Origin: a bacterium | GTDB lineage: Bacteria; Patescibacteriota; Microgenomatia; JAMCZE01 | Assembly (NCBI GenBank): GCA_021836035.1 | Contig: JAKBJL010000003.1 | Span: 4,135-68,134, forward strand | Reading direction: 5' to 3' | Length of the DNA stretch: 64,000 bases | In this document: one piece after another, positions 58,215-64,000 of the stretch | Layout of the letters: each line of letters opens with the position of its first letter | How positions within the stretch are numbered: position 1 is the first letter of the stretch | The notes under the pieces: generated by a model | Told to the model about the DNA's origin: nothing | The model's database searches: none | Seen by the model: only the letters and a program-made list of their open reading frames with translations | Translations under genes and position numbers: made by a program

Positions 58215-59149
58215 AGATCGTTAGCGACAGCTTTTACCTTGAAGAGGTGCTGCTTCTTCAAGGTAAAAATATTTTGTAAAGCCAAAATATACGTCCGGAC
58301 CATTTCGCGATTATTTGTCAAGGCATAACGGATAATACGCAAAAAACAAGCCAGGGTAATCAGTGCCAAAAGTACAGGCCGCTGCCAGGAGGGTTTATGT
58401 TTGCGATAGAAAGCCAGCCAGCTTTCATACTCCTTAATAATGCCGAATCGCCGCGAGCGAGAACTGGCGAACCCCAGGTGGGTAATATGGATTTCCGGAT
58501 CCAGATAAATTTTATATCCCGCCAGTTTTATGCGGTAACACCATTCCAATTCTTCACCGTACATGAAAATCTTCTCGTCAAACCCCCCGGTGCGGGTAAA
58601 TACCTTCTGGGGAAGCATTAAAAAAGCTCCGGCAACCCACCCTAATTGCCGGACGATGGTAAAATAGCCCGGCCAGCGGATGTGGATCGAGGGCAGAAAA
58701 CGGCGCAGGAAAGGGAGATTATCCAGAAAGGTAGCAATTAAAAAGACCTGATAAAGGTGGGGATGGAAACCGCCGGAAGGCTGAATTGTCCCGTCGCTGT
58801 TACGCAGTTGGGGAGCTACTACTCCGGCATCCGGGTGATTCCCGAGAAATTTTCTCAAAGCCTCAATACTCCCCGGTTCGACAAAAGCGTCAGTGTTAAC
58901 CAAAAGGAGATAGTCACCCCGGGCGATTTTCATAGCCTGGTTGTTCGCCGTGCTGAAACCCAGGTTTTCTTTATTGGTAATCAGTTTGACTTGGGGGAAT
59001 CCTTTTTTCACTAAACCGCTTATATCTTCCGTTGAAGCGTTGTCCACGAGGATTATCTCCGTTTCCGGCGGAGCATTTTTAACGGCCGCGGTAAGGCATT
59101 TTTGGACCAGATCCAGGCGGTTATAGGAAACGATAATTATTGAGACCAT
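58211..59149 (-). CDS. Family 2 glycosyltransferase.
   Basis: From the internal Met: MVSIIIVSYNRLDLVQKCL...IILVDNASTED...GDYLLLVNTD. The track's 5' extension overlaps def. Confidence 0.7.
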   Translation of the reverse strand: MVSIIIVSYNRLDLVQKCLTAAVKNAPPETEIILVDNASTEDISGLVKKGFPQVKLITNKENLGFSTANNQAMKIARGDYLLLVNTDAFVEPGSIEALRKFLGNHPDAGVVAPQLRNSDGTIQPSGGFHPHLYQVFLIATFLDNLPFLRRFLPSIHIRWPGYFTIVRQLGWVAGAFLMLPQKVFTRTGGFDEKIFMYGEELEWCYRIKLAGYKIYLDPEIHITHLGFASSRSRRFGIIKEYESWLAFYRKHKPSWQRPVLLALITLACFLRIIRYALTNNREMVRTYILALQNIFTLKKQHLFKVKAVANDL

Positions 59150-59195
59150 ATCCTTCGACTGCGCCCCGCTATGCGGGGCTTCGCTCAGGGCTGAG

Positions 59196-59783
59196 CTAAA
59201 GTTCGACTTCTTCCCAAGCTTCCTTGCCGTTTTTATCCTTACCGGTAGTTTTATATAGTTTGCTTTTTTGTTCCAGGATTCTTTCAACAAAGATTTTCCC
59301 GTTCAGGTGATCCATTTCGTGTTGAATAATAACCGCCGGGAATCCCGTGAATTGTTCTTCGGTTCTTTCTAACCGCTCGCCGCTCTCAGCTATCCGTTCG
59401 TATCTAACCTTTACCCATTTAAAGCGGCGGACCTGGCCGTAATATTTGGGTAGCGAGAGGCAGCCCTCAAGCGGCGATTTATTGTTCGTATCCTGGAGCT
59501 CTTCGCTATGGGCAATAATTTCCGGGTTGATGAAAGCCCGGATTTCTTCTTCCGGACCGGATTTTTTACCGCCTTTCCTGCCGAAGCGGGCGAGGAAAAT
59601 TTTGTAAGGAAGGCTTACCTGATTTGCTGCCAGTCCTACCCCTTCCGGATCATGCTGGTTAAGGAGAGTCTCTCGCATTTCCGCGATAATTTTCCGTAGT
59701 TCTCTGGGGGAAATTTTCTGCAAATCAACACCACGGGCCGGCTCCCGCAACCTATTGTCCGGTGATCTGATAATCTTATACAT
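59196..59783 (-). CDS. def: Peptide deformylase.
   Basis: GVGLAANQV (motif 1), EGCLSLP (motif 2), HEMDHLNG (motif 3). Confidence 0.85.
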   Translation of the reverse strand: MYKIIRSPDNRLREPARGVDLQKISPRELRKIIAEMRETLLNQHDPEGVGLAANQVSLPYKIFLARFGRKGGKKSGPEEEIRAFINPEIIAHSEELQDTNNKSPLEGCLSLPKYYGQVRRFKWVKVRYERIAESGERLERTEEQFTGFPAVIIQHEMDHLNGKIFVERILEQKSKLYKTTGKDKNGKEAWEEVEL

Positions 59784-59864
59784 CTATCATGATTATAGCA
59801 AAGCCTTATGACGGGCTGTATTTTCAAATAGACAGGGGAAGGAGATCCTGATAGGATACGGATA

Positions 59865-60776
59865 ATGGGTAAATATAGTTCCACCCGGAGAGCTTGGGAG
59901 TTAACGATGTTTATTTTAGGATTGGGGCTTGGAGCGCTGATTATTCTGTGCGCGATTGTATATTATTCCCGGCAACTTCCCGCCGGCATATTGGATTTAG
60001 ATCCCCTGGTCCGGGTTTATACTCCTCCTGGTGTAGAGCCGCTGCCGGCGACAATTTCCGGAACGGTTATTGAAGGGATTTTACCTAGAGCGGCAAAAGC
60101 AATTAAAGTCCCGATACTCCTTTATCATTATGTTGAATATAATCATGACCCCAATGATACCATTCGGATGGGCTTAACCGTTACGCCATTTTGGTTAGAG
60201 CGCCAGCTACAGTTTCTGAGAAGTAATAACTACGTGACTGTTTCCCCGGCGCAATTGGTGGCGGCGGTCAATAGTGGAAGGACCCTGCCTCCCAAATCGG
60301 TCATGCTTACCTTTGACGATGGCTACCGGGATTTTTATACCGATGCTTATCCGTTGCTGCTTAAATATAAAGCAAAAGCCACGATTTTTGTCATTCCGGG
60401 ATTTTTAGACCGACCTAATTTCATGTATACCCGGCAGTTGCAGGAAATTGCTACACAAAGTTCCGGTTTAATTACCATAGGCGCACATACGGTGCATCAT
60501 GCAGCTTTGACGTCGGAAAAGACTACCAAGGCTTGGGATGAGGTTTATGGATCTAAAGAGGGCTTGGAAAAAATTATCGGACGGAAAGTGGAGGTCTTTG
60601 CTTACCCTTACGGTTTTTTTAATCAGGAAACGATTAAGATCGTTCGCCGCAGCGGTTTTACGATAGCGATGTCCACAATTTTCGGCACGACGGAAAGCCG
60701 GGAAAATTTATTTTATCTGCCGCGGATCCGGGTAGGTAACTATGCGGGTGAACAATTCGCCGCGAGGCTGAAATAA
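59865..60776 (+). CDS. Polysaccharide deacetylase (CE4 / NodB homology), membrane-anchored.
   Basis: N-terminal TM. VMLTFDDGYRDFY (TFDDG motif). HTVHHAAL (His motif). Confidence 0.75.
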   Translation: MGKYSSTRRAWELTMFILGLGLGALIILCAIVYYSRQLPAGILDLDPLVRVYTPPGVEPLPATISGTVIEGILPRAAKAIKVPILLYHYVEYNHDPNDTIRMGLTVTPFWLERQLQFLRSNNYVTVSPAQLVAAVNSGRTLPPKSVMLTFDDGYRDFYTDAYPLLLKYKAKATIFVIPGFLDRPNFMYTRQLQEIATQSSGLITIGAHTVHHAALTSEKTTKAWDEVYGSKEGLEKIIGRKVEVFAYPYGFFNQETIKIVRRSGFTIAMSTIFGTTESRENLFYLPRIRVGNYAGEQFAARLK

Positions 60777-60798
60777 ACTCTTTTTTTCGGCTATAAGA

Positions 60799-61737
60799 TT
60801 ATTTTTCTGCATAGAAAAGGATATGGCCCCCTAGGCCGCGTTTAATAGCGTCATATTCCGCGATACCTGTATCGGTATTTTCTTTAATCACAGGTAAAAT
60901 TAAATGTAATTTAGTAAGCACTATTGCTAGAGGTCGTTCCCACTTTGAGTAATTATGCATCCGCATAATAGAAGATATAGCTTCGGATGTTTTATCCCGC
61001 ATCTGGATATTTTTAAATCCAACGTAAACCAAGTCTTCCCGGAAGGAATCCCAAGTAGCTAGATTATCCAGACGAAATCCGGTATAAAAGCGGCCTAACA
61101 ACTTTTTCTCTTCTTCATTTTCAGGCAAGCGATTCAAAAATCCATCGGCCACAATTAAATGTCCGCCCCTTTTTAGTAGGCTATATGTTTCTCTAAGAAA
61201 GTCTATTTTTTTGGAGTAGCATGGCAGACACTTTCGATAGCCTATAGGACATTAAAGAAGTTATCTGCAAAAATAGTTTTGGTAAAGTCCATTTCTACAA
61301 ATTGAGTCGAATTACTCACACCGGACCTTGTTGCAAGTTGCTCGCCGTTTCGGTTTGTTTTGAGGGAAGAGTAACACCTGTTACCTGTACTTTTAAAAAA
61401 TGAGCTAATCAAATAGCGCTGCCACCGAAACCACATCCGGCCTCGAAACTATTTCTCCGGATTTATTTTTCGCAGTTTCAGCTAAAACCCGATTAGTGTT
61501 AAGAATTTCTTCCACAGCGCACCTGGTTAAGGGGCTATGGTAGCCATGGTGGAGGCCGTAGCTTTTCCCATGATAAATTAGGAAATACGAAGGCAAAGTA
61601 TAGTCGTAATAATCAGAAATAACTTTATTTTCTATTAATATATTCCCCGTTTTTAACAAAATATATTTTCCGGAAACGACGGTTATTTTGATAACCATGG
61701 TACATAATAATTGTAATAAGCGGAACAATAATTGCAC
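60799..61737 (-). other. Three co-directional short ORFs in different frames (60799..61152, 61242..61436, 61405..61737). Possibly one fragmented gene.
   Basis: No confident family assignment. The fragmentation pattern resembles the other frameshifted loci. Confidence 0.25.
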
Positions 61738-61999
61738 TTAATAATCCAAAAATAATATCTTCAATTGGTAAATGGAGAAAGCGGATACCAATAATTTTTT
61801 TTGAGGACATATCATATAAACCCAAGCTATAACCAATCTCGTTTACAACAAAAACCGGGGGCATTAATAGTAATATTACTTTAACAATTAGTTTCCAATA
61901 TCTCTTAAACGAGCTCGGATGCAGAAATATGGTTATCGCCAGGGGAATAGCGCAGAAAATAATACCCAAGATAGCATAGGATAAATTATGGTTTAGCAT
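61625..61999 (-). CDS. Lycopene-cyclase-domain small membrane protein (CrtYcd-like half).
   Basis: 124 aa, 3 TM. Motif GIRFLHLPIEDIIFGLL (P-x-E-[ED]-x-x-F). Confidence 0.45.
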   Translation of the reverse strand: MLNHNLSYAILGIIFCAIPLAITIFLHPSSFKRYWKLIVKVILLLMPPVFVVNEIGYSLGLYDMSSKKIIGIRFLHLPIEDIIFGLLSAIIVPLITIIMYHGYQNNRRFRKIYFVKNGEYINRK

Positions 62000-62294
62000 T
62001 TTCTAAAAATAGAAGAGTTACAAAAGTTAGTAGAAATGTAAGCATTAAAATAAATAATATTTCTTCCAAAGGAACATAAAAGATTTCAAAACCGATAAGT
62101 GGTTTAAGAAAATACCAAATTCTATTACCTATCGCTAGCGAATACCAAGGAAAGGCAAAAATTAGGCTACCTATAGCAGTTTTAAGAAATATCTTACGAT
62201 ATTTATTAAGGAAATGTTTTTTAGTAATCAATAAAAGAGATATGGGTAGACAACCAGAAAACAGCAATAACTCTAAATAACTGAAATTTGACAT
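61986..62294 (-). CDS. Lycopene-cyclase-domain small membrane protein (second half).
   Basis: 102 aa, 3 TM. Motif GFEIFYVPLEEILFILML. Overlaps the downstream partner by 14 nt. Confidence 0.45.
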   Translation of the reverse strand: MSNFSYLELLLFSGCLPISLLLITKKHFLNKYRKIFLKTAIGSLIFAFPWYSLAIGNRIWYFLKPLIGFEIFYVPLEEILFILMLTFLLTFVTLLFLENAKP

Positions 62295-62306
62295 TAGCGG
62301 CTAATA

Positions 62307-64000
62307 TTATTTATTTTCCTCTAAAAATTTTTGGGCATCGTTATCGGGTCCGATATGCTGAAGAATATATTCCATCTGTTGCCGTGCTAAGTTTATTTTT
62401 CCCGCTTTTTGGTATAAAAGCCCTAGTTGGTAGCGGGCGTCGCGGTAATTTTCTTTCATAGCGACGGTTTCTTCCAAAGCGGTAATGGCGGCATCGTTTT
62501 GCCCTACTGCGTCTAAAAGGAGAGCGTAGTTGTAGTGTACTTTCGCGTCCGTGGGAGCCAGGCTGACGGCATGGGTGATAGCTTCCAGGGCTTGCCCGGC
62601 CATCTTCGGGTCAAGGCTGGTCAGCTGGTAAAAAACTTTAGTCCGGGTTTTCCAGAAGTTGACATTATTCGGGGAGGTGGTCACGGCGATATTGCTATTT
62701 TGAATTGCCTGATCAGCTAGCTGGGCGGAAAGTGTCGCTTGGTTTTCTTTTTGAGCCGCGGAAGCAAGAACGGCGGCGGAGTAAGAGAAATCATCACGAT
62801 ATAGCGGCTCACCCGGATTGAGGGAAATAGACTCCTGGTCTCTTCTGTAGCTTTCCACGTATTGCCCCGCTTTAGCGTAATTTTGCGCTAAAGCATAATC
62901 GGTATCCGCTTGCCACATGGTAAGAAGATTGATTTCCATATATCCTGCCAGTAGGGTGAGACCGGCGATTAGGGACCAGGAGAAGAGCCCCGGAATCGCC
63001 TGTTTAACCGGCGGGGATTTACCGAAACGAGGGTTTGGGACCATAGAGATCGCTGGCACCGGCTCTAAAAGGATTAGATAGCAGACGGCGGGTATGAGGA
63101 AAAAGAAAATGCCGATGATAACCACGGAGAAGCCAAAGAAATTAGTGATAAGTATGGTTATATAAGCGCCGAATAAAGCAAATATCAAATAGTAATTAGT
63201 GACTGGCGGCTGGTGACTCGCCTCGCTTTGCGGGCGAAGTGAACTAGTATGGTTACGGGTTTGTACATACGTATTTATTCGTAAATAATTCGTGAAAATT
63301 CGCATGGTCCAGATAGCGAAAACTAAAATAACCGCAAGATAAGTTAACATTCCTACGGAACCGGTAGTTGCGAGGAGATTAAGATATTCATTGTGTGCTT
63401 TATTGTAAAGGAAGTCCCATTCTGATAAGAGATTGTGGGCAGCTGGGCGGTCTTTATAATAAGCGTAAGCGAAAGTTTCTACTCCGGAGCCGAAGACCGG
63501 ATAGCGTTCCCAGACTTTAATCGCCCCTTCCCAAACCACCTTGCGGATATCTCCGGATTCGGAGATTTCAATTTCGGGGTTGGATACCGTGGCTGGGGCG
63601 GTTGCCGTGGCGGGTGCGGAGGAGTTTCGGGAGAACAAATTACCAAGAGTGAACTTTTCCGTCTGCGAAAAAGGCAAACCGAAAATCAAAGAAAATAGCA
63701 AAAAGAAAAAAGAAAAAAGCAGGAAAGGCTGCAGGGATCTCAGATTACGCAGGTTATTAATAATTAAAAGTCCGCCAAAAAAGGCTAAGCCGACAATTAA
63801 TCCTCCGACTCCCGAGCGGGATTTGGTAAAAAGCAGAGCGATAAAATAAATTATGGCCAGGGAGAGGTAGGTAATTTTAGAAAAATTTAAGAAGGGAACT
63901 TTTTGATCCGTCTTCTTTCTGACATCCTCCTTTTTATATTTTACATTTTCGTTTTGAACAGGCTGACTTTCATTTTTGCCTAGAAATCCGAGAGCGGCTA
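62307..64000 (-). CDS. O-antigen-ligase (Wzy_C)-like membrane protein with C-terminal TPR repeats. Partial: the N-terminus lies beyond the window end.
   Basis: The frame stays open upstream of the track's TTG start to position 64000 (...ITYLSLAIIYFIALLFTKSRSGVGGLIVGLAFFGG...). Wzy_C motifs TKSRSG and NKAHNEYLNLLATTG. C-terminal TPR-like repeats (YNYALLLDAVGQNDAAITALEETV...YQLGLLYQKAG). Confidence 0.6.
   Translation of the reverse strand, partial: AALGFLGKNESQPVQNENVKYKKEDVRKKTDQKVPFLNFSKITYLSLAIIYFIALLFTKSRSGVGGLIVGLAFFGGLLIINNLRNLRSLQPFLLFSFFFLLFSLIFGLPFSQTEKFTLGNLFSRNSSAPATATAPATVSNPEIEISESGDIRKVVWEGAIKVWERYPVFGSGVETFAYAYYKDRPAAHNLLSEWDFLYNKAHNEYLNLLATTGSVGMLTYLAVILVFAIWTMRIFTNYLRINTYVQTRNHTSSLRPQSEASHQPPVTNYYLIFALFGAYITILITNFFGFSVVIIGIFFFLIPAVCYLILLEPVPAISMVPNPRFGKSPPVKQAIPGLFSWSLIAGLTLLAGYMEINLLTMWQADTDYALAQNYAKAGQYVESYRRDQESISLNPGEPLYRDDFSYSAAVLASAAQKENQATLSAQLADQAIQNSNIAVTTSPNNVNFWKTRTKVFYQLTSLDPKMAGQALEAITHAVSLAPTDAKVHYNYALLLDAVGQNDAAITALEETVAMKENYRDARYQLGLLYQKAGKINLARQQMEYILQHIGPDNDAQKFLEENK

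Noticed and set aside
1-64000. CRISPR arrays, rRNA genes, and antisense ORFs within large genes (e.g. 2198..2392, 4626..4886, 6445..6807, 21708..22187).
   Set aside because: No regularly spaced direct repeats with unique spacers were seen, and no rRNA-like conserved stretches. The small internal ORFs are fully embedded in well-supported genes on the opposite strand or in another frame.

Overview
This 64-kb window reads as a compact, gene-dense bacterial genome (roughly 50% GC by eye, many weak or absent Shine-Dalgarno sites, standard genetic code). It resembles an uncultivated Patescibacteria/CPR-like or Chloroflexi-like lineage, but this cannot be confirmed without a search.

Housekeeping content:
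- A glycogen cluster: two GT5 glycogen synthases flanking a GH57 enzyme, followed by a GalT-like HIT enzyme.
- The conserved rpmG-secE-nusG-rplK-rplA ... rplJ-rplL ribosomal cluster.
- Cell-wall and translation genes: ddl, murF-like, fmt, def, rpmB, an M50 site-2 protease and a sortase-like gene.
- Two GT2 glycosyltransferases, a CE4 deacetylase, and an O-antigen-ligase/TPR protein running off the 3' edge.
- Three tRNAs: Thr-GGT, Tyr-GTA and Thr-TGT.

The main point of interest is that the ribosomal cluster is split between rplA and rplJ by about 29 kb (13.3-42.0 kb). This segment encodes what looks like a cohesin-dockerin cell-surface assembly system:
- Four tandem N-terminally membrane-anchored proteins, each with a cohesin-like beta-sandwich domain. 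Two of them also carry a two-segment dockerin-like C-terminus.
- A translationally coupled operon of three large secreted proteins (beta-rich, discoidin and Cys-rich modules), each ending in a conserved calcium-loop dockerin-like tag (GDLNGDGKVNIxDL...NFG).
- A decayed paralog, two giant paralogous Cys-rich secreted proteins, and an IS200/IS605-like element.

Two further dockerin-tagged right-handed beta-helix/FN3 proteins lie in tandem at 1-3.9 kb; the first runs off the 5' edge.

Other notable features:
- A 520-bp near-identical direct repeat shared by two adjacent cohesin genes.
- Several frameshifted or fragmented genes (IS200 tnpA, Nudix, a metallophosphoesterase with an in-frame TGA, a GIY-YIG fragment).
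- An unusually long ORF-free rplJ leader with a terminator hairpin abutting the start codon.
- A KE-rich N-terminal extension on ribosomal protein L1.

All domain calls come from motif recognition in the supplied translations; no database searches were run.
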